64,000 nt of DNA from an uncultured Candidatus Saccharibacteria bacterium (GCA_964631935.1 CAZWAV010000003.1:10894-74893), one strand, 5' to 3'; positions 39,936 through 50,211 are shown, counted from the first letter of the stretch. The notes: generated by a model from the sequence alone, not told the origin. A program made the numbers and translations.

Positions 39936-41675
39936 TCATATCACTTCAGCTTGATAACACTTTTCACAATAAATTATCTCCGGTCTATCAGGTGAATAAC
40001 TGGTCTCAAATTCTACTTCACATTTACCCTCATGAATATGTCCCGATTTATCGCACATACATGATCTGTGCCAGAGTTTCATGGGGTTACGTTGTGATAT
40101 CCTCTCGTAATGTCGGCAATTTGGGCAAAGGTGAGGTATAGGTATTTTTAAATTACGATAAAATTCAAGTTCAGTTTTTGTAATTTTAAATGCCGTTGAA
40201 CATTCGTGTGAGCAGCTTCCTTTATGAGCACAGCTTATAATGTCATCTAGTATAGAATCTGTAACTTCTTCAATAGAATCAGCAAGATCGCTATCATTTA
40301 TAGTAATTACATAATTTCTCTCTGTATTTTTCATAAGCTTAATACCATTTAAGCTTGCTTCATCTACAGAGATGGGCTTGAGTTCTTGGGCTACTGTTTC
40401 ATTATAGAGGAATGGCGACAATTCTATAGGGAAAAATTCTCCATATCCATATACCCTACCGCCCTGATCAATATATTTCTTTTCGTCCATATGGGCTTTT
40501 ATTTTTTCAATAGTAGATTCGTAATCCTCTTTCGAATATTGTTTATTGAGAATGCAGTATTGTTTATTGCGTAAGCCTATACATGCAAATAGATTTGAAC
40601 AATTATGACAATTATAACTATACTCAATATTGTAACCACCAAATATAAAACGTGAAAACAAAACCCTATTACCAGGATACGCACTAGATACCTCATAACA
40701 ATCCACAGAAGAAAGTCCGGAGTGGTCTATCCCATAGCAATTTTTAACAGAAGAATAAACGAGCCATAGGTTTTTTGAGTCTTCTGCCCCTCCAAATATC
40801 GAGAAGGAATTTTTACAATTCTTTGACTCTTCTATGTCATCCCCTGTTACCTCTACAGATTTAATTATCTTTGCATAACGTCTTGGGAATTTTTTATTAA
40901 AATCAGAAAAATTTAATTTTATTTTTTGTAATTCTGAGTATGAAGATAGATTATATTCTTTCATTTTATTTGTATACTCTTCTCGTGAATACTGTTCGTT
41001 AAATATACAATATGATTTATTTGATAGGTTCACACAACCAAAACAGTCATGGCAATTCCGACAATTAAATAAGAAAGCGCTACCATAACAACCCTCACAA
41101 TATCTGCTGTAGAGTAATTTGGAACAAGAGATACAATCTATTGTCTCATAGTTCCACTCACTCTTTGAAACCCAATAACAATCAACTAAAAATTTAGAGT
41201 TAAATATAAATGCAGAATAAAGTGAATCCTCATTAAAATCTCCTCCTATTACTAAATAACAATTCTTGTTACCCTCCGTTATGCTACAGTAATCACTATT
41301 TACTGGATTAATATTAAATAATCCTATATCTGGGACTTCTCTCCATAAGCGATTGATCTGATCAAAAAAGTTATTAGAGAAGTCGTAGTCGCGCCCATAA
41401 CTTAAACCATCCCACGTATCACCCCACCATGCACTGTGGCAATATATAGTTGCATTCTTGTCAGGAGAGAATGTGCTTAGCATGTCTTCGCCATGATTTA
41501 GCGCTTGGCATTTGCTACGATACAGAGTTCTTTCATTCCTGAAAGCCATTCTTCTTATTAGACTACACTCCGAACAGAATGTCGGTGGAGGGACTTTTAT
41601 CTTCTCATAGAAAGAAAAATCTTCGGCTTCAATAACGAAATTATTCTTACAGTTCTGGCAGTTTTTTGTTTCCAT
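39936..41675 (-). CDS. Cys-rich (about 45 Cys) multi-CxxC protein, unrecognised family, paralog A
   Basis: 579 aa, no signal peptide. N-terminal and C-terminal zinc-ribbon-like modules share FY.K.K.P.P..C..CR...R.......L(Y/W).R.C. Central internally duplicated block C.NC...F.C..L.NK.YCI.N.QYS.E.Y. Confidence 0.6.
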   Translation of the reverse strand: METKNCQNCKNNFVIEAEDFSFYEKIKVPPPTFCSECSLIRRMAFRNERTLYRSKCQALNHGEDMLSTFSPDKNATIYCHSAWWGDTWDGLSYGRDYDFSNNFFDQINRLWREVPDIGLFNINPVNSDYCSITEGNKNCYLVIGGDFNEDSLYSAFIFNSKFLVDCYWVSKSEWNYETIDCISCSKLLYSRYCEGCYGSAFLFNCRNCHDCFGCVNLSNKSYCIFNEQYSREEYTNKMKEYNLSSYSELQKIKLNFSDFNKKFPRRYAKIIKSVEVTGDDIEESKNCKNSFSIFGGAEDSKNLWLVYSSVKNCYGIDHSGLSSVDCYEVSSAYPGNRVLFSRFIFGGYNIEYSYNCHNCSNLFACIGLRNKQYCILNKQYSKEDYESTIEKIKAHMDEKKYIDQGGRVYGYGEFFPIELSPFLYNETVAQELKPISVDEASLNGIKLMKNTERNYVITINDSDLADSIEEVTDSILDDIISCAHKGSCSHECSTAFKITKTELEFYRNLKIPIPHLCPNCRHYERISQRNPMKLWHRSCMCDKSGHIHEGKCEVEFETSYSPDRPEIIYCEKCYQAEVI

Positions 41676-41676
41676 A

Positions 41677-42105
41677 TTACTTTAACTTACCGAAGTGATA
41701 ACCATCTTCTTCGTCGTTTATTTCTTGGATCCTTTCTTCTTGTTCTGTTATATAAGCTTCTTTGTTATTTAAAGTAGCTTCAACCCAAAACTTATAAGTT
41801 GGGTTCATAACAGCTGTATCCATACGAGCGATCATAGGAGTGGTGTAAGGATGAAGTCCTCCTACATATTTAATAAGCCTATCTGAAAGCTCTTTCTCTG
41901 TTGTAAGCATTATCATATATTGCTCTACATCCTGGAGAACCCCCTTCCATGGGTAAATAGAGCCAATAGGCCAATAATCTACAGACACAGTCAGCTTCTC
42001 GTTTATACAAGAAAGGCCTATAGATTTAGCTTCTTCTATAGATGCGCATGTCGTGTATACAAATACTATTTCTTTTGGGGCATTATTTACTTTTTCTACA
42101 AGCAT
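41677..42105 (-). CDS. cutA: CutA1 divalent-cation tolerance protein (PII-like fold)
   Basis: IVFVYTTCASIEEAKSIG...SIYPWKG...EQYMIMLTTEKELSDRLIKYVGGLHPYTTP matches CutA. Confidence 0.6.
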   Translation of the reverse strand: MLVEKVNNAPKEIVFVYTTCASIEEAKSIGLSCINEKLTVSVDYWPIGSIYPWKGVLQDVEQYMIMLTTEKELSDRLIKYVGGLHPYTTPMIARMDTAVMNPTYKFWVEATLNNKEAYITEQEERIQEINDEEDGYHFGKLK

Positions 42106-42147
42106 ATAATTATGATACGCTTTGCTTTTGCCTTTTACAAGTAAAGA

Positions 42148-42720
42148 TTATTTGGGTAGAGCTGTTGCCTGAATTTCTTTTTTTGACATATATCTATGAT
42201 TTATCATAAGCAGTACTATCAGGGCTTGTGCAGTTAAGGCCATAACTGGAATAGTAATATACCCGAATTCAAAGACATACCGTGCTGCGCATGTAATACT
42301 TCCTTCAACATAATTAGAACAAGACAGATCTGATGCTCCTCCATTCTCTACATATATATGATAGACAGAGACAAGCATTCCAAGAAAAGCGACAATGGCA
42401 CTTAGAGTTATTAGTTGTTTTTTTTCTTTCCATAAAGCTATCCCTAGTATAAGTACTTGTGGATATATAAAAAATCTCTGGGCCCAACATAATTCGCAAG
42501 CTGCAAATCCAACAACTTCTGAATAAAATAGCGAGAGAGCAACAGAAGATAATGCAATACCTAAAGCAAAATAAACCCCATATTTATGAAAGAACATAAG
42601 CATAGGGTTAGTGTTTGATCTTTTGAAAATTAAATTCCCCAGGACAAAAACAAAGACAACTTGCATGGCTATGGTCCCCATAGCCAGAAGATAATTTAAT
42701 GTCTCTACGTATGCTGGCAT
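42148..42720 (-). CDS. disulfide bond formation protein B (DsbB/BdbC family)
   Basis: 4 TM helices; CELCWAQRFFIYPQ in the first loop region (cf. B. subtilis BdbC CELCWYQRI) plus a second Cys pair CSNY......C. Confidence 0.65.
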   Translation of the reverse strand: MPAYVETLNYLLAMGTIAMQVVFVFVLGNLIFKRSNTNPMLMFFHKYGVYFALGIALSSVALSLFYSEVVGFAACELCWAQRFFIYPQVLILGIALWKEKKQLITLSAIVAFLGMLVSVYHIYVENGGASDLSCSNYVEGSITCAARYVFEFGYITIPVMALTAQALIVLLMINHRYMSKKEIQATALPK

Positions 42721-42721
42721 A

Positions 42722-43291
42722 TTATTGAGGAAGGGTGTAACCTATCATCTCGGCCAGGAATTCAAGAGGTACTTCACCTTGTGTTTGAGCACCAGGTTCA
42801 AATGTCCAGACATCACCTTTTTTTACTGGATCAGTTGGACTCTTTATAGAAAACTTATATCCAGGAAATACCCATGTCTTGTAGTATTTTGAAGCAATCT
42901 GCGGACAGATTGGAGCTTCTCCAGCAACTCCAGGTTTGACCTGACAAATTGTAGGCTCAGATGTTGATTTTACAGTAACGCCATCTTTAAACATCCAAGT
43001 AGGATAACTTTCTATTTTCTTTTCTGTACAAATTGGAACTACTGATTGGTCTGGATTAGAACATTCCACATAAGGAAGGTATTGCTTAGCGGTACCAAAT
43101 AGAGCTTTTTCAGCCTGGCAGTGAGGACACCAGAAGGCCCCGTAGAACTGAGCTCCTCCAGACTTGAGAGCTTTAGCAAAATCGTCTAGTTTATTTGGTC
43201 CTTTTGCTTTATTGGTCGCAAAACCAAGACCAGCAACAATTACAACAATAGCCACTATTAACAATATAAATTGGGTTTGTTTTGATTTCAT
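42722..43291 (-). CDS. membrane-anchored thioredoxin-fold protein (VKOR/DsbB partner-type, YGAxWCPHC motif)
   Basis: N-terminal TM; FYGAFWCPHCQ active site resembling the Trx-like domains fused to bacterial VKOR homologs; C-terminal Cys-containing extension. Confidence 0.6.
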   Translation of the reverse strand: MKSKQTQFILLIVAIVVIVAGLGFATNKAKGPNKLDDFAKALKSGGAQFYGAFWCPHCQAEKALFGTAKQYLPYVECSNPDQSVVPICTEKKIESYPTWMFKDGVTVKSTSEPTICQVKPGVAGEAPICPQIASKYYKTWVFPGYKFSIKSPTDPVKKGDVWTFEPGAQTQGEVPLEFLAEMIGYTLPQ

Positions 43292-43304
43292 ATACTATAT
43301 ATTA

Positions 43305-44318
43305 CTACTCTTCTTTTGGTTTGTCATCCTTCTTCTCATTGTTGTGTCCATGGGCATCTACCTCATAAGCAGTGTTCTGTGCTTCAAAGAAATTAACAAG
43401 CTCATATACGTCTGTAGATGTTGCCATCCATTTTGCAGGATTTGTAACATTAAAGTGAGTTGGCAAACCTAGCTCTTCAAGTCTACGGTCAGCTACATAT
43501 TGAACATATTGATTTACATAATCAGCATTAAGCCCAAGTATTCCCTTTGGAAATAGATCTTTGTTGTAAGCAACTTCGAGATTTACTCCTTCGATAACTA
43601 TGTCTCGGATTTCATTTGCAAATTCTTCAGTCAGTAATTCAGCATTCTCTTCAAGTATTGTGTGTATAAGATTGATACCAAATTTTAGGTGGAGTGATTC
43701 ATCGCGAATAACCCAGTTGATCATTGACCCTAGATTGCGGAGCTGGTTACGCTGACGGAAAGAAAGCGCCACCATGAATCCAGAGTAGAACCAAATTCCT
43801 TCCATGACAATATTGGTAGCAACAAGGTTACGCAAGAAATCTTTCTTCCCTTCTGGAGTTTCAATATCGAGAGTATCCTCAGTCATACGAAGAAGATACT
43901 TCTTGATGAAATCTTCTTTCTTCTCCATTGAATCAAGTTCAAGGTGCACATTGTAAACCTTCTCGCGATCAAGTGGGAAAGTTTCAAGAACATATTCAAA
44001 TGATACACAGTGGTTCGCTTCTTCGAACATCTGCTTTGCTAAGTATAAGTGACACTCTGGACTCTTGATGTAAGGATACACTCCAAGAGCAAGTGAGCGA
44101 TTCACAATAAGCTCAGCTGGGTTAAAGAATGCCATGAGAAATTCGACAGCATGACGCTCATCATCGGTCATAGCTTTCCAGTCTACCAAGTCTTCCCCGA
44201 GAGCGATCTCGTGCGGGAACCAAGTATTTCGAACAGCCTGATTGTACAATTCATAAGCCCACTTATAGTGCATGGGATGAAGATTCATATCTTCGGGAGA
44301 TGCTTTTCCTAAAATCAT
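43305..44318 (-). CDS. nrdB: class I ribonucleotide reductase small subunit (R2)
   Basis: Ferritin-like diiron motifs E..H (EEANHCVSFEY; MEGIWFYSGF...), 337 aa. Confidence 0.85.
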   Translation of the reverse strand: MILGKASPEDMNLHPMHYKWAYELYNQAVRNTWFPHEIALGEDLVDWKAMTDDERHAVEFLMAFFNPAELIVNRSLALGVYPYIKSPECHLYLAKQMFEEANHCVSFEYVLETFPLDREKVYNVHLELDSMEKKEDFIKKYLLRMTEDTLDIETPEGKKDFLRNLVATNIVMEGIWFYSGFMVALSFRQRNQLRNLGSMINWVIRDESLHLKFGINLIHTILEENAELLTEEFANEIRDIVIEGVNLEVAYNKDLFPKGILGLNADYVNQYVQYVADRRLEELGLPTHFNVTNPAKWMATSTDVYELVNFFEAQNTAYEVDAHGHNNEKKDDKPKEE

Positions 44319-44341
44319 ATATATTTTTTATTAACTAGTAA

Positions 44342-46936
44342 TTACTGACAACTTTCACACAAAAACTTATCATTTGGGTCTTCTGGTAGATATACATTTG
44401 AGGAGGCACTTGGTGAATTCGTGGTCGTAGATTGACCAACGTTTGTAAGATCCATTTCCTTTTGGACTATATTTACAGGACTTGCAACTACAGGCTCTGA
44501 TACTTCTTCTGTTAAGATAGTATTCACCTTAGTATCTCTCAGTGCGGCGAACCCCCTACGTCCCATGGCTTCAGATTTATTTACACGAGTTGTAGATTGC
44601 TCTGCAGAGTGACGAGGCTTCATGTGTAAGTAGTAAGTAGTTTTCAATCCTTTATCCCATGCGCTTGTGTAGATATTCATAATCTCATCTATATCACGAA
44701 TATCAAGATACATGTTACGAGAGATTCCCATGTCCACCCATTTCTGTGCACGAGCTGCAACTTCTATAAATGCATAAGGAGAAACAGAGAAAGAAGTTTT
44801 ATATATACGCTTGATGTGATCTGGAATCTCAGCGATATCTGCAATGTCTCCATGGTGTTCTAGTATCTGTTCACGAACTTTTTCCCAAAGATTTTCTTTC
44901 TGGAGAGCAGAGACAAGGTTTGGATTTATTTCAAGATACTTACCTGAGATTTTATTTCTCGAAAACATTTGTGCAAATCTTGGATCAATACCAGGTGCAG
45001 TCCCCGCGACAAGTCCGATATTTGCATTTGGTGCAATAGCAAGAAGAGTGGCATTACGTATTCCCTTCTTTACCTTTGCTCGAACTTTATCCCAATCAAG
45101 AGTAGGTAAAATTTTTGCAGAATCTTTTTTAGTTAGAAGTTCACGTCCACGCTCAAGTTGCAACTTGTCCATCGTATCTATTGGCACGTGACCTTTCGCC
45201 CATTCTGAACCTTTGAAATTTTTGTATGCACCACGCTCTTCGGCTAAGTCTGCACTCTCATCGATCGCCATATAAGAAATAAATTCAAATACTTGATCTG
45301 AGAAATCAAAAGCTTCTTTATCTTCATATGAGTAACCGAGCTGTTCAATAGCATCAGAGAATCCCATGAGACCTAGTCCAACGGCACGATTCTCAGAATC
45401 TGCACGACGAGCTTCTTGTATAGGTAATTCATTGATGTCTACCAAGTTATCGAGTTGTCTTATCGCAAGACGAGTACTGTCCTCTAATCTGTGCCAATCT
45501 ATCTGACCATTCACAATGTGACGAGCTATATTTATAGACACAAGGTTACATACAGCTACATTGTCACGATCAGTTGGAAGAGTAACTTCTGTACAAAGGT
45601 TTGAACAGTGGATAGTCCCAGTGTTGTTGTTGAGGGCACGTACATTTATAGTGTCCTTCCAGGTTAGCCATGGATGTGAAGTAGTTTCAAGAGAAACCAA
45701 TATGTTCTTGTATTGCTGACGAGCTGGGATAACGTTATATAGCTTCATTTTTCCGGCTTTAGCCTTCTCAACATACTCATTGTAACGCTTAGAAAATTCC
45801 TGACCATAAAGCTCATTTAGGTCTGCAACCTCTTTCGGATCAAATAGATACCAGTCATCACCATTAAGAACTCTTTTCATGAATTCATCTGATATATATA
45901 CAGCGGTATTTGCAGTACGAGCACGACGATAGTCATCGCCATTGTTTTGCTTGAGATCTAGGAAATCTTGGAAGTTTAGATGCCAGTTCTCCATATAGAA
46001 ACATAAAGCACCTTTTTTCTTTCCCCCACGTTGAACAGCACGGACAGCAGAGTCGATGATGTGCATGAATGGAATTGGTCCAGATGAAACTGTGTTGTTT
46101 GATTTCAGAAGTGAACCTTCGGCACGAAGTTTTGTAACTGATAGACCGATACCTCCCGTTGCTTTTGAAAGAAGTAAAACATCGGAGACAGTTTTACCGA
46201 TGTGCTCCATATCATCATGAATTTCCATTAAGAAACAGTTTGAAAGTTTTGGGTGTGGAGTACCAGCACCGATGTTTGATGATCCAGCAGAAAGATATTC
46301 GAGTGCAGACATCTTTGCGTAAAACTTTTTCGCCCACTCTGTAGGATTACTTTCGTTGAGTGACATACCCATCGCAACTCGCATCCAGAAATATTGTGGG
46401 GTCTCGAGTGGTGCTTGTACTTCATCCTTCATAAGATAGCGATTGAGCATTGTCGAGAGTCCAGAATATTTATACAAATCATCATTATCAATATTTAAAC
46501 TCTCTGAAAGTATATCTAAATCAAATGCAGTCGCCATTCGTGCATCGAGTAATTTCTTTTCAACAGCGTTTTGTATATATTCTTTGAAGTGAGCAGCGTG
46601 AAGTTTATTAAATTCTTCTTTAGTTATAACTGCTGCTTCGTTATCAGGATCATAATCCCCCATTACTTTCTTATATATAACTTTCAGAAGTAATCTAGTG
46701 GCAATTTTATCAAATTCTAGATCGTATTGAGTATTTTGAAGAGCCGCATTGATTGTAGCGAGATCTAATTCTTCAGTTGTAATACCATCGTAAAGAGTAA
46801 GTCTAGTTTCTGTTGCGATTTGGATAACTTTACTTATTGGATCAGTCATTCCGTAACATGCGCGCTCGATTGATTTGTTGATTCGGTCGGCATTAAAGGA
46901 TGCTTTTGTTCCGTCTCTTTTTGTGATGGTTGTCAT
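44342..46936 (-). CDS. nrdA: class I ribonucleotide reductase large subunit (R1) with N-terminal ATP-cone
   Basis: ATP-cone (KRDGTKASFNADRINKSIE), active-site CSNLCTEV, C-terminal Cys pair (..CESCQ). Confidence 0.9.
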   Translation of the reverse strand: MTTITKRDGTKASFNADRINKSIERACYGMTDPISKVIQIATETRLTLYDGITTEELDLATINAALQNTQYDLEFDKIATRLLLKVIYKKVMGDYDPDNEAAVITKEEFNKLHAAHFKEYIQNAVEKKLLDARMATAFDLDILSESLNIDNDDLYKYSGLSTMLNRYLMKDEVQAPLETPQYFWMRVAMGMSLNESNPTEWAKKFYAKMSALEYLSAGSSNIGAGTPHPKLSNCFLMEIHDDMEHIGKTVSDVLLLSKATGGIGLSVTKLRAEGSLLKSNNTVSSGPIPFMHIIDSAVRAVQRGGKKKGALCFYMENWHLNFQDFLDLKQNNGDDYRRARTANTAVYISDEFMKRVLNGDDWYLFDPKEVADLNELYGQEFSKRYNEYVEKAKAGKMKLYNVIPARQQYKNILVSLETTSHPWLTWKDTINVRALNNNTGTIHCSNLCTEVTLPTDRDNVAVCNLVSINIARHIVNGQIDWHRLEDSTRLAIRQLDNLVDINELPIQEARRADSENRAVGLGLMGFSDAIEQLGYSYEDKEAFDFSDQVFEFISYMAIDESADLAEERGAYKNFKGSEWAKGHVPIDTMDKLQLERGRELLTKKDSAKILPTLDWDKVRAKVKKGIRNATLLAIAPNANIGLVAGTAPGIDPRFAQMFSRNKISGKYLEINPNLVSALQKENLWEKVREQILEHHGDIADIAEIPDHIKRIYKTSFSVSPYAFIEVAARAQKWVDMGISRNMYLDIRDIDEIMNIYTSAWDKGLKTTYYLHMKPRHSAEQSTTRVNKSEAMGRRGFAALRDTKVNTILTEEVSEPVVASPVNIVQKEMDLTNVGQSTTTNSPSASSNVYLPEDPNDKFLCESCQ

Positions 46937-46987
46937 GCTTTAAAAAATATTTATGGCACATTAATAATAGTAGTTCGTGTCTCTCGG

Positions 46988-47002
46988 GAGTATATTATAC
47001 TC
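46988..47002. promoter_or_regulatory. palindrome gagtatattatactc about 50 bp upstream of nrdA start (candidate operator)
   Basis: Near-perfect 15-bp inverted repeat in the nrdA 5' region; NrdR-box-like AT-rich core but odd-centred. Confidence 0.25.
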
Positions 47003-47160
47003 TCAGTATAAGTTATATTCCAAGTGCATAATGGAAAATTTGCAACTATAGCCATAGACATATCGTTTCGTCAACATGACCTTTACACCACACATAAAAA
47101 GTCGTTCTAACATAGCATATTTTGAGTCAAAAATTAGCAAAAAATTTCACATTTAAAAAA

Positions 47161-47190
47161 TTCTAAAAAATTTGCAAATTTTTTAGAATT
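47161..47190 (-). terminator. AT-rich perfect palindrome after Cys-rich paralog B (weak terminator candidate)
   Basis: ttctaaaaaatttgcaaattttttagaa followed on the coding strand by a T-run. Confidence 0.35.
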
Positions 47191-47211
47191 TTCAGTGGAT
47201 AACTTTTTGTT

Positions 47212-48963
47212 TTAGAGTACCTCCGCCTGGTAACACTTCTCACAGTAGACTTTTTCAGGCCTTTCTGGCGCATAGCTAGTCTCAAACTCGACTTCACAGT
47301 GATGATCTGCATGGAAATGACCATTTTTGTCGCACATACAAGACCTATGCCACAGTTTACGGAGTGGACGAAGATCAAATCTTCTTTTGTATCGACAATT
47401 TGGACATTTTCGTGGAAGTGGAATATTTTCTTTCCTATAAAAAGAAAGTTCATTCGGTGTGAGATTGTAATTTTTTGAACATAGGACACAAGCGAATATT
47501 TCATTCAAGAATGTATCAGATACTTCTTCTATCCTATCTGGGATATTAGAATGAGGAATTGTCTCTTTGCCAAAAGTTCCAGGAAGATTTTCTTCCCAAT
47601 GCCAGCCCTTTGCCAATACTTCTTCTTTGGTTAATGGATCATAAAGATTTCCTTGAGTTTCATTATAATACACTGGTGCAATGGATGGTGGGAAAAATTC
47701 TCCGTATTCTTTTGTATTTATCATGTGTTTAATAATTTTTTCTTTGAGTTCTAAGTACTCTTCTTTTGAATATTTTTTGTTAAATATCATATACTCCCCT
47801 TTCTTTACTGAGACACACCCAAAAAGATTTTGACTGTTCTGGCAAGTATCAGAGTATTCGACATTCATATCATCATAACAAAGGTGACAAAATTTACAGT
47901 TTGGAATTCGAGTGCATCCCTGGCATTCGTAACAAAGTTCAATATTATATCCTATATGATAAACATCCATCGAATCTTTTATATCAATCCCTCCGTAAAT
48001 ATATTTGCAGTTTTCTCCTTTATCTATTTCAAAGGATTTAGTAATATTCTTACAATCAAAGAGCAGAGACCCGGTGGAATTAATATTTCTCTCACTAATG
48101 ACATAGCGATGAATAGAATAATTATGAATTAAATTATCAAATTCCTTATTTAACCCTTCTCTAATTAAATATGAGGATAAATCAAATTCTTTTATTTTCT
48201 CTAAATATTCTTCACGAGTATACTGCTCATTTTTAAATACATAGCTTTTGTTGCGTAAATTTGAAGACATGAAACAATCAGTGCAACCCTTGCAATCGTA
48301 ACAGTAATAACAAGACGAGCAATCTTTTAAGAAAATACCATACTGACATTGATAAGAAGTTCGAGAGTCAATTACTTCATATAACCTTTCTCCTTTTTCT
48401 GCAATAAAACCACAGTCCATGAGGTCACGGCAATTTTTCATTGTCCATGTACTATACATTATATTCTCACCATCAAATGCACAAAATGACATGTATACGT
48501 TTTTATTATTACCCGAATGGTTTGTATACTCTGAATTCGTACTATTCTTATTTAGTAATGCCATTCTTGGAACTTCATGCTGAAGCTCCGAAAACTGTTC
48601 GAAGAAAGGTCTTGAGAAATCAAAATTCTTGCCATATGAGGATGAGTCCCATTTATCACTCCACCAACACTCATTACAATAAACTTTAAAGGGTTTATTT
48701 TTAGAATAGATGGTAACCATACTTTTCTGACAAAGATCACAAGTTCTTTTGTATAAAGTTCGTTCATTTCTCCATGCATACCTACGTTGTTGTCTGCATT
48801 CAAAACACCATGTCGGTGGCGGAACTTTAATTTTCTCATAGAAGGCGAAATCGTCCGGTTCAATATTGAAGGAGTTTTTGCAGTTCTGACACTCTCGGGA
48901 TTCTGTTTGCATACTATATATAGTATAGCTATTATGCTTTTTTATACAAGAAACGGAAAGCAA
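47212..48963 (-). CDS. Cys-rich multi-CxxC protein, unrecognised family, paralog B
   Basis: 583 aa, collinear with paralog A (identical module order; C-terminus ...KLWHRSCMCDK.GH.H....CEVEFETSY.P.RPE..YCEKCYQAEV conserved); overlaps the MFS gene stop by 32 nt. Confidence 0.6.
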   Translation of the reverse strand: MLSVSCIKKHNSYTIYSMQTESRECQNCKNSFNIEPDDFAFYEKIKVPPPTWCFECRQQRRYAWRNERTLYKRTCDLCQKSMVTIYSKNKPFKVYCNECWWSDKWDSSSYGKNFDFSRPFFEQFSELQHEVPRMALLNKNSTNSEYTNHSGNNKNVYMSFCAFDGENIMYSTWTMKNCRDLMDCGFIAEKGERLYEVIDSRTSYQCQYGIFLKDCSSCYYCYDCKGCTDCFMSSNLRNKSYVFKNEQYTREEYLEKIKEFDLSSYLIREGLNKEFDNLIHNYSIHRYVISERNINSTGSLLFDCKNITKSFEIDKGENCKYIYGGIDIKDSMDVYHIGYNIELCYECQGCTRIPNCKFCHLCYDDMNVEYSDTCQNSQNLFGCVSVKKGEYMIFNKKYSKEEYLELKEKIIKHMINTKEYGEFFPPSIAPVYYNETQGNLYDPLTKEEVLAKGWHWEENLPGTFGKETIPHSNIPDRIEEVSDTFLNEIFACVLCSKNYNLTPNELSFYRKENIPLPRKCPNCRYKRRFDLRPLRKLWHRSCMCDKNGHFHADHHCEVEFETSYAPERPEKVYCEKCYQAEVL

Positions 48964-50158
48964 GCCCTGAACAGATTATAAGAATAGAGGCTATGACAAG
49001 TGGTGTCGTCGGAGCAAGTGATGCTGCGATAAATCCAGATAGTATGGCAGGTATAGCTTGAGCAAGGGCTTGGACGGATGAACTTATACCCATGATCTCT
49101 CCCCTCTGATCGGCAGGAGAAGCTTTCGAAAGTAAGCTATTCATGTTGGCCATAGTCAGCCCTGTGCATACAGAGAAGAATGGTGGTATTAAGAATAGTT
49201 GCCAAGCATGTGTAGGTAAGAAATATGTAAGGACCATGACTCCTGCTCCAATAAGTGAGTAACGTATAATCGCAGGTTCGGTAAATCTCTTTGCAAATGC
49301 TCGAGTAAGTACTGCTTGAGTGAACACCCCCCATATACCGACATATGCAAAGAAGTCACCAATGTTACCTTGAGTAAAATTAAATTTTTGAATTAAGAAT
49401 ACTCCGAAGAATGTAGTAAAGAAAGTGAACCCACCAAAGAATATGAAATTCGTAAGGAATATTGTACTCACACCTTTCATCTCCATGGCTTTTTTAATAT
49501 TTGAAAGTGATTTACCCCAAGTAAGACGTTCCTTCCTTAGATTTTTATTTGTCTCCGGAACAAGGAAGAAGACAGAGAGCATATTTATACCAGCAAGTAT
49601 GGCTGCAAAATAGAATGGTGTCGCTGCTGTGAACCATGACATCACGGATGGATCAGAAAGCTTACCTCCTATATATGGACCAAGAATAAATCCGAGTCCG
49701 AATGCAGCACCAAGCATACCGAAATTCTTCGCTCTATTTTCTGGTTTTGATACATCCCCTATCATTGCTTGAGCAACAGAAATATTACCTCCAGTTATGC
49801 CATCAAAAAATCTAGAGAAGAATAGTAGTGGAATATTCTTCGTAATTATTGCAAAAGCAAATACTACATAGGATATAGCTGTACCGAGAAGCGATAAAGC
49901 TAAAATCTTTTTCCTTCCATATTTGTCAGAAAGCTGACCGAGAATTGGGGTGGCTAGGAATTGCCCTATAGGATACACAGCTATAAGTAATCCTAGTAGC
50001 ATGTACCCCTGATTTATAGAAGTACCAAAAGGCAACATGTACTCGATCGATGCTGGATTCGCAAAAAGCTGAGGTATAACAGGAATTAAAATACCGATCC
50101 CTAAAAGATCGATAAACACTGTCAGGAAAATTATTATCAAAATCTTATTCTTAAACAT
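48932..50158 (-). CDS. MFS transporter (12 TM, drug:H+ antiporter-like)
   Basis: Motif A-like GQLSDKYGRKK, 408 aa, 12 predicted helices. Confidence 0.85.
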   Translation of the reverse strand: MFKNKILIIIFLTVFIDLLGIGILIPVIPQLFANPASIEYMLPFGTSINQGYMLLGLLIAVYPIGQFLATPILGQLSDKYGRKKILALSLLGTAISYVVFAFAIITKNIPLLFFSRFFDGITGGNISVAQAMIGDVSKPENRAKNFGMLGAAFGLGFILGPYIGGKLSDPSVMSWFTAATPFYFAAILAGINMLSVFFLVPETNKNLRKERLTWGKSLSNIKKAMEMKGVSTIFLTNFIFFGGFTFFTTFFGVFLIQKFNFTQGNIGDFFAYVGIWGVFTQAVLTRAFAKRFTEPAIIRYSLIGAGVMVLTYFLPTHAWQLFLIPPFFSVCTGLTMANMNSLLSKASPADQRGEIMGISSSVQALAQAIPAILSGFIAASLAPTTPLVIASILIICSGLAFRFLYKKA

Positions 50159-50211
50159 TCACCTACTGTATCATATAGCGATGAAGGGACAAAATATGTA
50201 TACTATACCTT

